NCBI RefSeq assembly: GCF_011386835.1
Contig: NC_088791.1
Coordinates: 356,252,001 to 356,316,000 of the forward strand
Length of the DNA stretch: 64,000 bases
DNA from: Chrysemys picta bellii
Taxonomy: Eukaryota
Direction of reading: 5' to 3'
Positions 23,201 to 36,559 of this stretch are shown here, in pieces. Position 1 is the first letter of the stretch. Every line of letters begins with the position of its first letter. The notes under the pieces are model-generated. The model did no database searches and was not told the DNA's origin. It worked only from the letters and a program-made list of their open reading frames with translations. The translations under genes and the position numbers were made by a program.

Positions 23201-24320
23201 CAAGGTCCTATCATGGACTGGTAACTGGTTAAATGATAGGAAGCAAAGGGTCAGAATAAATGGTCAGTTTTCAGAATGGAGAGAGGTAAATAGTGGTCTC
23301 CCCCAGGAGTCTGTACTCGGACCTGTCATATTCACAAATGATCTGGAAAAAGGTGTAAGGGTGAGGTGGCAAAATTTGCAGATAATAAACTACTGAAGTT
23401 AGTTAAGTCCCAGGCAGACTGCAACGAGCTACAAAAAGATCTTTCAAAACTGGGTCACTGGGCAACAAAATGGCAAATCCCAACTATACATATAAAACGA
23501 TATGGTCTAAATAAGCTGTTACCACATAAGAAAGAGATCTTGGAGTCATTGTGGATAGTTCTCTGAAAACATCCACTCATTCGGCAGCGGCACTCAAAAA
23601 AGCGAACAGAATGTTGGGAATCATTAAGAAAGGGATAGATAATAAGACAGAAAATATCATATTATCTCTCTATAAATCCATGTTACACCCTCATCTTGAA
23701 TACCGCATGCAGATGTGGTTGCCCTATCTCAAAAAAGATATTTTGGAATTGGAAAAGCTTCAGAAAAGGTCAAGAAAAAAATATTAGGGCATGCAATGGG
23801 TGCTGTATGAGGAGACATTAATAAGACTTGGACTTTTCAGCTTGAAAAAGAGATGACTAAGGGTGGATAGGATAGTGGTCTATAAAATCATGACTGGTGT
23901 GGAGAAAGTGAATAAAGAACTGTTATTTACTCCTTTTTCATACCACAAGAACTAGGGGTCACCAAATGAAATTAATAGGCAGCATGTTTAAACAAACAAA
24001 AGAAAATATTTCTTCACACAATGCACAGTCAACCTGTGGAACTCTTTGCCAGAGGATGTTGTGAAGGCCAAGACAAAGAGTTCAAAAAAGAACTAGATTA
24101 ATCTATGGACAATAGGTCTATCAATGGCTATTAGCCAGGGTGAGCACGGATGGTGTCCCTAACCTCTGTTTGCCAGAAGCTAGGAATGAGTGACAAGGAA
24201 TGGGTCACGTGATGATTACCTGTTCTGTTCATTGGCTCTGGTGTACCTGCCATTGGCCACTGTCAGAAGACAGGATACTGGGCTGGATAGACCTTTGGTC
24301 TGACCCAGTGTGGCCATTTA
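23200..24320 (+). mobile_element. Degraded CR1, RT to 3' end
   Basis: AKFAD.KLLK, HLEYRMQMW and a 3' UTR similar to 1800-2076. Confidence 0.88.
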
Positions 24321-24789
24321 TATATTTTTATGTTCTTTATATATACTGTGAACATCAATGGTCCAAGGACTGATGCCTGGGGGACATGTTCTTTAACTCT
24401 CTCCGTGTGGAAAATTGCCCCTTTATTCGTACACTTTGTTTCCTATCTTTTAATGGAAGTGCCTGTCAATGCTTCCAGGATCATCTAATGATCCTTAATT
24501 TAATTTAATGACTTCAGGTAGGAAAATTGGGGGGGGGGCCTAGAACCCCCGCCAGCTCCCCTAAATGGCACCCCTGCCCAGCTGGGTGCTTTCCGCTCCC
24601 AGGCTGGGATGGGAGCTGCTGCAGCCTGAAAAGGAGCCTCCCCGCAGGTAGGAGGCAGCCCCGGCTGACCAGGGGCTGGCTTGGGTTAATGACCCGATGC
24701 CTCCCCCTGTCCTACAGTAACTGGACACTGCCAGGTTCCATTTCCGACTCGACTTTCTAGTTTAAAACTAGGTACCTGGCAACCCTAAA

Positions 24790-25150
24790 TGACACCCAGA
24801 CACAGAAGCCAAAAACCAGATTGTATGGGCAAAATCGTGATAATGTGTGCCTTTATTTCTTAGATAGCCAACTCTGTAGAGAGCCAAGTTCAACAAGGAC
24901 AAGTACAGCTGGGTGCGTCCCTGTCTGTCAAAAACTGCATACGTGCAAGACCTGGAGAGGATTGCAGCTTGTCACAGCCTCACAGTGTCAGTGGGGCTTC
25001 ATACTGGTATGCCAGAGGGCTTGGCGGTACCCCAATTCCAGGTTGCACCGTGCAGAAGTCATCACACCCACCCAATGAACAGGCCCTGGGAGATTGTGAG
25101 TCCATTTCCCATTTCTAGTGCACACAGTTACTGACGGAGAGACCGTTGTT
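24790..25150 (-). mobile_element. LTR fragment of the family also seen at 51300-53114
   Basis: Reverse complement matches cacactgtgaggctgtgacaagctgcaatcctctc at ~51466 and ~52097. Confidence 0.55.
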
Positions 25151-26719
25151 ATAGCCGGGAAATCAGGACTCCTGGGTTCTGTCTGTTATTCTCTGTGTGA
25201 CTTTGGCCAACTCATATCTCCCTGCACCTCAGTTTACCAATGGGTATAATGGGGATATGTATATGTTCATAGTGACTTTCCTTTGCTAGGTGTTTTGAAC
25301 ATCCTTCAATGAAAGTTTCTACGCTGAATGATGATAATTACTGATGAGAATTACTGATCTCTGATCCCTTAGCCACAGCCCCATGTGCCAACAGAAAGTG
25401 TTCATGTCTCCCATCAGTCATCTTTCTCTAGCTCTGTCTGTCTACTACTGTTTAGCCTGTGCATTTACACAGTATCAGACCCTATGGGACCTAGGCATTA
25501 TCCCTAGTTTTTTTAGTAATCAACAATAATTTTTAAATATACTCAATTACAAAGAACAGGTAATTCCTCTCTGACTCAGTGAAGAGCCCAAGGGGTCTCA
25601 ACTCCCTCTGGGAAGGTCCCTTAATTATTGTTTACTGCTAACGCTGGATAACAAACACAGAAGCATGGACATAGAGAGAGAGTCATTGGGTAGAATGTCT
25701 CTAGTCTCCAGCCTGTTTACATCCAGATGCCACTTCTCCCCAGAGGCTGAGCGAAACCCACTGGGATTGCATACAGCTATATTTAAATGGTGCACACCCC
25801 TGTTTTGGCTATTAGCGTGGGATTCTGCTGCAGATGCTGGGGTCAGAGAGGTGCAGGACACAGCCACTGGAGGGTGATTCCCAGGGAAGACACTTCCATC
25901 ACAGAAATCACAGGTACCCATCTCTTTCTGTTCGACATGCGCAGTGCAACGTGCGCATGATGGGACAGGGAATAGGTCTGTAGTCATTTCCACTCTGCCC
26001 AGGCATTAAACATCCCACAGCCCTTTCCACAGCGGATGAGTTTGCTCCAGTATCAGGGGCCAAAATGTTTCTAGGGTTCCTCACTAGAATAAATATAAAA
26101 TTTTTCAACATGGGCAAGACATCAGTTCTCCTGCTGCATTCGAGAAGTCGGATGAACCGTTATGCCTTAAACTTTCAAAATGCAATTCTGCTTGATGCAG
26201 ACAACCAACATGGTAAATTTCAATCCATACAGTTAATATTTGGCAAATGCATAAGCATCTTAAATTGCGGTCTTCTCCTTGAAGTTGTCAGACAGCCTTA
26301 ACTAACTGTGATGCCACCAGCACCACTTACAATGGCCAATCCATTTGTGAATCCCATTCAGCTAAGCTCTTTGCTCTACTAAGAGCTGTGGTAAGGAGTT
26401 CCACAGGCCAAATATGGGTTATATAAACAATTTTCTTTTTTGAGTGTTATATGTTCAGACTATTAATGTAATTGAATGTTCCCTTCTCGTGTTTTATGAG
26501 ATAGAGCAAATATAAATGCCTGATCTACTTTCGTTATCGATAGATTCATAATGTTCAAGGTCAGAAGGGACCATTAGATCATACAGTCTGACCTGCATAA
26601 TGCTGGCCACTAAATTTCACAGTTACGCTGGTATTGAGCTCCATAACTTGTGTTTGACGAGGATCTGGTCTACATTAGGATTTTATATCCTGGAATAATC
26701 GATACACACTAGCATTGAG

Positions 26720-27740
26720 TGGTGGGATTGCATCGTTATGCAGGTCTGGAATGAGGAGCAGTTGCTGCAGAACTTTAGGATGTGGAAAGCCATCTTTCTG
26801 GAAGTGTGTGCTGAACTCATCCCTTCCCTGCAGTGCAAGGACACACAAATGAGAGCTGCCCTCTTGTTGCAGAAGCACTTGGTGATCACAGAGTGGAAGC
26901 TGGCGACACCAGGCTGCTACCGGTCAGTTGCAAATCAATTTGGAGTCGGAAAATCAGCCACTGCGGCTGTGTTAAGGCAAGTGTGCAGGGCCATTAATCA
27001 CATCCTGCTACGAAGGACTGACTCTTGTCAACGTGCATGAAATTGTGGATGGCTTTGCAGAAATGGATTTCCCTAACTGCGAAGGGGAGATAGATGGCAT
27101 ACATATTTCAAATTTGGCACCAGACCACCCTGTGATGGAGTACATCGATTGGAAGAGGTACTTTTCCATGGTGTTGCAAGTGCTCATAGATCACCAAAAG
27201 CATTTCATTGACATCTATATGGGGTAGTCCGGAAAAGTGCATGATGCAGGAGTCTTCAGGAACACCGGCCTTTACTGAAAGTTTCCAGTGAGGACTTTCG
27301 TTCCAGACAAGAAAATCCTCACAGCAGATGTCGACATGCCTATAGTGATCCTGGGATACCCGGCATACCCCTTAATGCCATGGCTCATGAAGCCGTACAT
27401 GGGAAACCTGGATAGCAGTAAGGAGCATTTCAACAATAGGCTGAGTAGGTGCAGGATGATCGTGGAATGTGCCTTTGGCAGATTAAAGGCACACTTGTGA
27501 TGCCTTTATGGCAGGTTCGACCTCAATGAGGATAATATTCTCATGGTCATAGCCACATATTGCATGTTGCATAATATTTGGGAAGGAAAGGGTGAAGAAA
27601 GTGCTTAGGAGTGGACTGCTGAGGCAGAACGCTTGGCTGCTGATTTTGGGCAGCCACGTACCAAGGCTATTAGAGCGGCACAAGAGGGGGCAACTTGAAT
27701 CAGGAGGCTTCGAGGCAACACATTGAAGATGAGAACCAGT
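26720..27740 (+). pseudogene. Harbinger (HARBI1-like) DDE transposase, broken
   Basis: LQNFRMWKAIFLEVC, YRSVANQFGVGKS, FPNCEGEIDGIHI, VHDAGVFRN, GYPAYPLMPWLMKPY and FNNRLSRCRMIVECAFGRLK. Confidence 0.92.
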
Positions 27741-27999
27741 AATGTTTGTTGCTATGCTTGGGATTGCAATGCATAATGTAGTCCAGTTTCCGTAGGGTAG
27801 GAACCAGTTCTGATTGTTCAGGCCCAGGATTCAATGTAAGGAAATGATAAAAATGCTTCTTTGTTTGCTGCTGCCAGATGCTGTCATAACTTCCATGGAA
27901 ACAAATAAAGAATGCTTATTAATGAAATCACTTTGCTTTTGTAGCCAAAAAAACCACAACACTATGAGCTCACACACAGACACACACACATTCATGGTT

Positions 28000-29700
28000 G
28001 TGGGGGGTTACCAGAGGAGAGGTGAAGTTTACAGTTAAGCGTAAGTCCAGCAGTTGTTTGAAAAGCTGTTTGTGGGGGTGCAGTTTAGGGGAAAGCGTGA
28101 AGTCCCAGTAATCGGAAATCAATGTGCGGGTGGAGTTTGGGGAGGGCATGGGAAAGAGCTCTGAATGTTCTGAAGGGGAAGGCAGACATGCATCTTCTCA
28201 GTGCGGAGGGTTACTTGGGACACTAGTATGTTGGTTTGCTGCTCCAAAACTTGTACCAGCCTCTCTGTTGCATCCCTATTTTATGCCTCATTTTCTTTTC
28301 TTTCCTGCTTGTCGCTTTCCCTCCACAGCCTGCGTTCCCTCTTGTCTATATCAGAGTACTGCAGCACCTCCCAGAACATATCTTCCTTGCTCCATCTTGG
28401 GAGCTTTCTTATCCAGCGGAGATGCTCAGCTTGAATGGAGGGGGTGTCTCCTTTCAAGGACTTATCTGGTGAATCACAAGTAACTGTAAACAGAAGCATT
28501 ATTGTTAAGTACACGTACAGCATTGAAATGCTACATTAAAATCCAGCGCTGGTAACACACCAATCACTTTCTGGCTGACCCTTGATTAGCACACATACCG
28601 GGAAACACTGCAAGGATGGTGAGTGTACCCAGCAGCGGGGGACATTGTGCGTGGGAAACAAGCAATGTGAGGGGTCGCGAGGCACTTCTCATGGGACAAC
28701 ACTATAAAGTTTCCCCACCCATTCCCACAGGAGGGGTCATTGTGTCAGATATTTGTCTCCTGAGGAAGGAAGCAATGAAGGAAGGTTTCATCTAGAACAC
28801 GCTTGCAGCTTCCACCCCGGTCCCTATGCTCCTCACCTGTTCTTGCTCAAGTAATTGCAGAATGGACCGGGAAAGTGTCACTCAATGGGGGAAGGAAGAA
28901 AGCAGTTCTGCCAAGGAATCTCCAGCACAGGATTGTGGAGTACCTACAGGAAAGTTTCCTAGCAATTTCCCTGGAGGAATCCTGTGAAATCTCGGTGAGA
29001 ATCAACAGCCTGCCCCCCGCACTGCCTAGCTGCACGGGGAAATGCCCAGCACACGGAAAAACAGCCAGCCTTGTACATTTCTCTGCCCTCAACCAACCTC
29101 CACACTTCACAAAGCAAAACAACCTACCAGGGGTCTATTTTCCTGCTTCTGGCTCACCTGATTGTGACTGCCCTGACTGGCTGAACACCTCTGGAGTGGA
29201 GAACAGCTCCTGACAGGACAAAGCACTAGGTGAACCCAGCACGGGCCACACATCTTCTAACGCCTCCATCCCTTTATCAATGACTCTTTCCTGTGGGTTA
29301 AGTCCAATTTCCATCATCTTCAGACCCACCAAAATATCCACGGGGCTCATGGCCATGGAGGTCATGTCACAGACGAGAATAGCAGGCCCTGACTGACCAT
29401 TTGCCTCCCTTGCCTTCAGGTTCACTGCACTTCTGATACATGGTACTTCTGGTATGTGGCACTCAGCTCCTTCACCATTCCTGTGCACTGCAGTGTGTCC
29501 TAATCATGGCTCTTTTCCAACAAGCTGCACGAAATCTGCCCTTAGGTGTCAAAATTCCTTCAGCTGGAGCACAGCTGGGACTGCACAGCCTCCTCTCCCC
29601 CAATACTGAGCAGCTCCAGCAGCTCCGCAGTGGTCCAAGAGGGAGAGCGTTTGCTGTGTGGATCCACAATGGTCCCCTGAGAACAGGCAGTGTGAGCTCT
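28000..29700 (-). pseudogene. Harbinger Myb/SANT-like DNA-binding partner gene, broken
   Basis: Minus-strand reading near 29470-29660 gives AELLELLSIGGEEAVQSQL...DTLQC; the downstream piece RWSKEDMFWEVLQ lies at 28281-28523. The exon structure is inferred. Confidence 0.7.
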
Positions 29701-30431
29701 CCACGCCAAACCGGAAGGGGAATTACAAAATTCCCAGGCCTTTAAGTGGGGAGGGTCAGAAGGTGTTTACCTCGCTGCAGGGCAGAGGAGAAAACAGCAG
29801 TCAGGATGGGCATCGTGGGATGCCTTTGGGAGAGGGGCACAAGTGTCCGTGCTGGCACGTTGTCGACAAAACTTTTGCGTAAAGTATCTTACAACTCTTG
29901 TCAAGGTGGTTTTATTATGTCATTGAAACTGAGGCGTTCCATCGTCAATAGTGGCCCTGCAGTGTGGACACCTCCACTGTTTCTTTGCCAAAAGCTGCTT
30001 TTTAACAACAACAAAAAAAATTGACAGCGTAGAGAAGGCCTAAGGAACAGTGATGGATAATCAGTATCCACCATCGTGTTTCCTGCTGGTGTCTATTAAG
30101 GTTTCCCACACCAAGAGGGGTAGGAATTATTGACGCAGAGAGCACCATAAAATATGGAATTCTCATTAGTTGGATCATGTATTTATAATTCATTTATCTG
30201 AATAATGAAAATGTCATTTTTCAGTGTGTGAAGAGTGACCAATCTGCTTCACCCATAAGAACAGCCTCCAGTAGTGCATGTAGTGTCTCATATGAATATT
30301 CTCTCTTCATCCAGGTATTTGTACTGTGACCATCACCCTAAAACCTGGGCACATACAGGAAGCCAGTGGAGCGTACAGTATATGCAGGAGACACCGTTCA
30401 GCCTCAGAGTTGGACACCTTCCCCCTACTCC

Positions 30432-31379
30432 ATGTCAGATTCCAACACAACAGACTTCACCAACCCCTCCACCTTCATCCTGCTGGGCATTCCTGGGCAG
30501 GAGGCAGCCCACATCTGGATCTCCATCCCCTTCTGCACCATGTACACCATAGCCATCTTGGGGAACTTCACCATCCTGATAATTGTGAAGAGGGAGCCGA
30601 GCCTCCATGTGCCTATGTACTATTTCCTCTGCATGCTGGCCATCACTGACCTGGTTGTGTATACATCCACACTGCCCAAAATGCTGGCAATATTCTGGTT
30701 CAATTCCAGGGAGATCGATTTCAGTGCCTGCCTCACCCAGATATACTTCATTCGCTGCTTCTCAGTGATGGAGTCTGGGATCCTTGTGGCCATGGCTTTT
30801 GATCGCTACGTGGCCATCTGCAATCCCCTGAGACATTCCACCATCCTGACAAACCCCGTTGTGGCCAAGATTGGCCTAGCCATGGTGCTGCGCGGCGGAA
30901 TGGTCTCACTGCCCTATCCCTTCCTGGTGAGGCAGTGGCCATATTGCACAACCAACATCATCCCCCAGCCGTTCTGCACACATACAGCTGTGGTCAAGCT
31001 GGCCTGCGCTGACACCCGCGTCAATAGTTATTATGGCTTCTTTGTGCTTTTCTGTGTGTTTGGTCTGGATGGGATTTTTATTGCCATCTCCTATATCCTG
31101 ATCCTCAGGGCCATCTTCAGCCTCCCCACAAAGGACGCCCGGCTCAAGACTTTTGGGACGTGCGGCTCCCACCTCTGTGTCATTTTAACCTCTTACTTCC
31201 CAGGGCTCTTCATCTCCCTCATGTACTGGTCTGGCCAGAATGTGCCTGGGCATATCCACATTTTCATTGCCAACTTGTACATCTTTATGCTCCCCATGCT
31301 AAACCCCATCATCTATGGGGTGAGGACCAAACAGATCCAGGACAGGCTGCTCCGGCTCTTTACTCATAAAGGGGCCTAA
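30432..31379 (+). CDS. Olfactory receptor, class I OR52-like (B1), intact, 315 aa
   Basis: Starts at MSDSNTTDF; LHVPMYYFL, MAFDRYVAICNPLRH, KTFGTCGSH and [13 protein letters not shown]. The ORF-track start at 30366 is a GTG. Confidence 0.95.
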   Translation: MSDSNTTDFTNPSTFILLGIPGQEAAHIWISIPFCTMYTIAILGNFTILIIVKREPSLHVPMYYFLCMLAITDLVVYTSTLPKMLAIFWFNSREIDFSACLTQIYFIRCFSVMESGILVAMAFDRYVAICNPLRHSTILTNPVVAKIGLAMVLRGGMVSLPYPFLVRQWPYCTTNIIPQPFCTHTAVVKLACADTRVNSYYGFFVLFCVFGLDGIFIAISYILILRAIFSLPTKDARLKTFGTCGSHLCVILTSYFPGLFISLMYWSGQNVPGHIHIFIANLYIFMLPMLNPIIYGVRTKQIQDRLLRLFTHKGA

Positions 31380-31568
31380 CGTTTTCTCCTGGTGCTCTGA
31401 CTCTGAAATTGAGTTTCCGTTCAGAGCTGGCTTGTGACATAGTGCTGGGCCCTCTTCCCTGAAACACTGACTGCACTGTCAAAGGGACATAACATCCTTT
31501 CCTGGCCTCACTGTGCTGTGTCTGCCTGACAAACGGAGGAATCAGTCTGGGTACAGCTCATTAACTCA

Positions 31569-31900
31569 TAGGGTTGCCACCTTTCTAATTACTGGTAACT
31601 GGACACCTGAGGGCCTGTGCCCTGCCCCACATATTCCCCAAGTCCTTCCCCCTGCCCTATGTCCCATGCTTTTCCACAAGGCCCCTCCCACTCTCCCACC
31701 TATTCCTCCAAAGCTCCACTCTCTTATCCACCTCTTCCTCCAGGCCCCGCCTCACTTCTGCCTCTTCCCCAAAAGCACCACCCCTGTTGCTGGCTCCTCC
31801 CCTCCCCAGCCCCAGTCACTCTCTGGATTATCTCCACCTCCCTCCACGCCCCCCCCAGCTGGGGTCCCTCTGCTCTGGGGATGGGACAGGAGCTGCTGCA
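31569..31900. mobile_element. Non-autonomous hAT-like element fragment
   Basis: Begins with TIR-like tagggttgccacc. Copy at ~57530-57860; the related start gggttgccacc is also found 3' of the A genes (~8184, ~60115 on -). Confidence 0.45.
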
Positions 31901-32549
31901 GCCTGACAAGGAGCCTGTAGTGAGTACAGTGAGAACACAGTGCTGGGGCCGACAGACCAATGAGGAGCGGAGAGGGAAGCTAGGAAACCCTATAAGAGCA
32001 GTGGATGGTTGGTAGCAGGGTTGTAAGGCAGGTGGGTGAGATTGTGCATCATTCAACTTGTGGGCCCTAAAGGTCAGCCACAAAGTCCTGAGGGAAGAGA
32101 CCATTGTGTGGCTTATTTCCTTAGCTTTCAGTTCCCTTTTGTTCCTCCTGGCTGGGGGCCTGTAGCTGGCAGTGTGTATGGGTATGGACTGGGAGTCCTT
32201 TGCCCTAACCCAGGTCTTGGGGCCGGGGTAAGAGATCAGCTTTGAAGCTAGGAGGACAACAGCTGAGTTAGGTGACAGGATAAGCCCCCATGCTAGATGA
32301 GAAGTCGGGATGCTGGGCATAGGACAGGGCGGCTTTGGTAAGTCACAGTGAAGGAGATAAATGGCAGATCTTCTATAATCTGGCTATTTATACACACATA
32401 TGGCACCTTATCTGGAACTGCAGGGCACCCATTGCCCAGGGTGAAACTGAACAGCGAAGCTGAGTCTAACATACGCTCTTCATGATGATTTTGATCACTA
32501 CATCTAGATTCACTTTTGCTAAACATCTTCAGCGTCATCATACAATTGC

Positions 32550-33420
32550 AGAATCATAGAATATTAGCGGTGGAAGAGACCTCAAGAGGTCATCTAGTTC
32601 AACCCCCTGCTCAAAGCAGGACCAACCCCAACTAAATCATCCCAGCCAGGGCTTTATCAAGCTGGGCCTTAAAAACCTCTAAGGATGGAAATTCCACCAT
32701 CTCCCTGGGTATCCCATTCCAGTTCTTCACTCCCCTCCTAGTCAAACAGTGTTTCCTAATAGCCAACCTAAAACTCCCCCACCGCAACTTGAGACCATTG
32801 CTCCTTGTTCTGTCATCTGCCACCACTGAGAACAGCCGAGTTCCATCCTCTTTGGAACCCCCCTTCAGGTAGTTGAAGGCACTTGTCAAATCCCACCTCA
32901 CTCTTCTCCTCTGCAGACTACACAAGCCCAGTTCCCTCAGCCTCTCCTCGTAAGCCATGTGCCCAAACCCCCTTATCATATCCGTTGCCCTCCGCTGGAC
33001 CTTCTCCAATTTGTCCACATTCTTTCTGTAGTGGGGGGGGGGATGCAAAATTTGACACAGTTCTCCAGATGTGGCCTCACCAGTGCCGAATAGAGGGGAA
33101 TAATCACGTCCTTGATCTTCTGGCAATGCTCCTACTAATACAGCCCAATATGCCGTAGGCCTTCTTGGCAACCAGTGCACACTGCTGACTCACATCCAGC
33201 TTCTTGTCCACTTTAATCCCCAGGTCCTTTTCTGCAGAAATACTGCTTAGCCAGTTGGTCCCCAGCCTGTAGTGGTGCATGGAATTCTTCCATCCTAATT
33301 GCAGGACTCTTCACTTGTTCTCGTTGAACCTCATCAGATTTCTTTGGGCTCAATCCTCCAATTTGTCTAGGTCACTCTGGACCCTATCCCTACCTTCCAG
33401 CATATCTACCTCTCCCCCCA
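32550..33420 (-). mobile_element. CR1 3' fragment, predates the duplication
   Basis: ORF 32632-33180 is the RT C-terminus; the same insertion junction is seen at 58510. Confidence 0.9.
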
Positions 33421-33442
33421 GCTTTAAGACAGGATGTAGATC

Positions 33443-34232
33443 TGTCATAACTATAAAGGGAAGGGTAACAGCCCTCCTGTGTACAATACTATAAAATCCC
33501 TCCTGGCCAGAGACTCCAAAATCCTTTTACCTGTAAAGGGTTAAGAAGCTCAGGTAACCTGGCTGCCACCTGACCCAAAGGACCAATAAGGGACAAGGTA
33601 CTTTCAAATCTTCATGCGGGGAAGGCTTTTGTTTGTGCTCTTTGTTTTGGGGGTTGTTCGCACTTGGGACTGAGAGGGACCAGACATCAATCCAGGCTCT
33701 CCAAATCTTTCTGAACAAGTCTTTCATATTTCCAACCTGTAAGTAAACAGCCAGGCAAGGCGTGTTAGTTTTTATCTTTTTTTTCTCCACTTGTAAATGT
33801 ACCTTTTACTAGGGTGTTTATCTCTGTTTGCTGTAACTTTGAACCTAAGACTAGAGGGGAGTCCTCCTAACTCTTTAAGTTTGATTACCCTGTAAAGTTA
33901 GTTTCCATCCTGATTTTACAAAGATGATTTTTACCTTTTTCTTTAATTAAAAGCCTTCTTTTTATGAACCTGATTGATTTTTCCTTGTTTTTAGATCCAA
34001 GGGGGTTGGATCTTGATCCACCAGAAGTTGGTGGGAGGAAGGAGGGGGATGGTTAATTTCTCCTTGTTTTAAGATCCAAGGGGTTTGGATCTGTATTCAC
34101 CAGAGAATTGGTGAAGGTCTCTCAAGGCTACCCAGGGAAGGGAATTAGCACTTTGGTAGTTAAGCTTAGAAGTTTTCATAAAGGCCCCCAAAATTGTACC
34201 CTAAAGTTCAGAGTGGGGAAGCTGCCTTGACA
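33443..34232 (+). mobile_element. Solo LTR of the inner Gmr1 family
   Basis: TGTCATAAC...TTGACA, homologous to 14878-15770; flanks agatc and agatg form a degenerate 5-bp TSD; no internal domain. Confidence 0.92.
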
Positions 34233-35948
34233 AGATGCAACTGAATAAATCATTGTCTGTGATGCTGGAGAGGGAGCTTCACCTTACCCGAGAAATCACA
34301 GGTTTCCACCGTAAAACGATGACGCTCATCCAGCAGCACAGCGGGGGATGGTGTTGTGGACTTATGATGATCCTCTGGCTGGGTCCCTGTCATGACCCTG
34401 TGGCCCATGGAGATGGGCAAAGAGAGAGCAGACCACCGGTTTGGTGATTGTACTGGTGGCACGGTGCAACCCATGTCTATCTCCAGAAAGGGAAAGGGAG
34501 CTCGAGGGAAGTGAGCAGCCCTAACGTGTCAGGGAGGGGAGACAAATAAACAGCCCCCTGAGATTCATCCAAGGAGAGGGGAAATGAGACAACTCCTGGA
34601 CGGGAGCAGTATGGAAGATGGAGAGGACAAAAATGAGTAGGATTTCTCTCCCCCTCTCCCCCCACAGCTCCTGCCTCCACTCTGTGGGTGCGGCTAGGGC
34701 TTGGGGCAGCCTGAACTGAGGGCTTCTTGTGCTGCTGCAGCCGGGCAACCCGGGCTCTTCTCCTCACCCAGCGGCTCCTACTGGGGCTGGAGGCTTGAAC
34801 TCCTGCCAGCTGAACCTGAGGAACCCCGGGCTCGGGGCTTCTGCCCCCTTCTGCTGAGCTGCTCCACATGAATCACATCCTGATTGCCATGTTCTTTTTC
34901 TCCCTCTGAGCCACCTGGCACTGGGCACTGTCAGAAGACAGGCTACTGGGCTACATGGGCCATTGGTATTTCCCAGTCTGGCCATTCTGGTCTGCTTATT
35001 TAGACCCCAGATGTATCTGCCTCCTGCTGTAACACACTATACCCCACCCCCCTCCCAGAGCTGAGATAGATCCCAGGAGTCCTGACGGGGTCTCTCTCTC
35101 CACAGAGTTAGTAACAAATTAAGAATAAACATTAAAATGTTAACACTAACCAGTGTCCTTAATTGACTTGCCATAAGATGTGAGCACATATTGGTTTTAG
35201 AGATGACTGGGTCATGGCTGACAAGGGGAGGGGAAGACAGGAGCAAGTGACAGGGGCAGGGCATGGGGAGAAGACACACAGCAGGGTTGAGGCTTGACAG
35301 AAGAGATGAGGCAAGGTTACAATTTCAGGGATCCAGCTATCAGCAATTAAAAAGGTGATAACCCAGTGTAGTGTACATAGACTGACGCCCCAGTTCATCA
35401 CATTGACACAGCACAGTAATGGGAGAAAAGGGTTTAATGTGTCTCTGTCTGTCCAGTAACTGATTCAGGGAACAGGCCCCAGCACCAGGGCCATCCTTAG
35501 CCATAGGCAGCCGCCTAGAACACCACTCTGCCTGGGGGCACTGCTCTGCTGGGAGCCTGGACAGACCAGAAGCAGTGGAGCATGTAAGAGCAGGGCTGCT
35601 GGGTCCTAGAGAGAGCCGAATGCTGCAGGCTCGGGGGTGAGCCAAGCATGAAAGCAGGACTGTGTTGCCATTTAGATTGTCATTTAACAACTTTGTTTGC
35701 CAAAAATCCTGCTTGCTATCAATCCTGAATTCAATTTCAATATTTTTTAAAAAAAATCAATATCTTAGCCAAAAACAGAAAATTAAGTTGTTGACAATTA
35801 TTTGTGACAAGTTTGGTATGGGGCAGAGAGTGGGCCAGTTTTCATCAGAGAAACAAAAAATGTTGACTGACTTTCCTATAGCCCTGTTACTGCGAAATAG
35901 AGCCCTCCAACCACTGTAATATGCTCATCCCCTTACTAGTGTACAGAG

Positions 35949-36545
35949 CAGGGGTCGGCAACCTACGGCACACGTGCCAAAGGTGGCACACAAGCTGATT
36001 TTTGATGGCACGCGGCGGCGGGCTGAATGGCTCAGCTCCCCATCGCTCTGGGGTTCCGGCTGCTGCCCCATTGCCAGCCGGGGTCCCGGCCGCCGGCCCC
36101 ACTGAGCGCCTGCTGCTGGCCTGGGGACCCCCAAGGAACCCCAGGCTGGCAACGGGCTGAGCAGGCCGGTGGCTGAGACCCCAGCTGAGCCGCTCAACCC
36201 GCTGCCGGCCTGGGGTTCCATTCACTCAGCCGGCAGTGGACTGAACGGGCCGGTTGCGGGCTGAGCGGGGCCGGCGGGGGGCTGAGTGGCTCAGTCCATT
36301 GCCAGTCTGGAGTGCCGGCAGCACTCAGTCTGCTGCCGCTCTGGGGTTCTGGCTGCCGGCCCCTTGCTAGTCAGGGGCCTAGCCGCTGGCCCCGCTCAGC
36401 CTCCTGCCAGCCTGGGTGAGCAGAACCCCAGACTGGTAGTGGGCTGAGGGGGGCCATTGGCTTTGACCTCAGACCGGCAGCAGACTGAGCCGCTCAGTCT
36501 GGGGTTCCGTCCACCAGCTCCTGCCAGACAGGATCCTGGCCGCAA
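35949..36545. mobile_element. GC-rich non-autonomous hAT-like element nested in the hAT
   Basis: Starts with caggggtcggcaacc and has degenerate GC-rich repeats (ctgagccgctca...ggggttcc); no second TIR seen. Confidence 0.6.
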
Positions 36546-36559
36546 TCTTTAAACAATGA

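Larger units (their letters stand above)
26662..29975. mobile_element. PIF/Harbinger DNA transposon, decayed, two-gene type
   Basis: TIR-like ends ggtctacatt (~26667) and agtgtggacac (29961); transposase on + and Myb/SANT-like gene on -. Confidence 0.85.

Noticed and set aside
22800-24320. Twin-priming inversion of a single CR1
   Set aside because: The minus and plus pieces cover overlapping RT regions, so two separate copies are more likely.
30366-30431. 22-aa N-terminal extension of B1 from the ORF track
   Set aside because: It starts at GTG and arises from a 1-nt leader deletion; the conserved start is the ATG at 30432.
34250-34870. Exons of an unknown gene in spacer X (strong acceptor ~34668; open frames in both copies)
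   Set aside because: No recognisable protein; frames differ or stop between copies; retention is explained by recent duplication.
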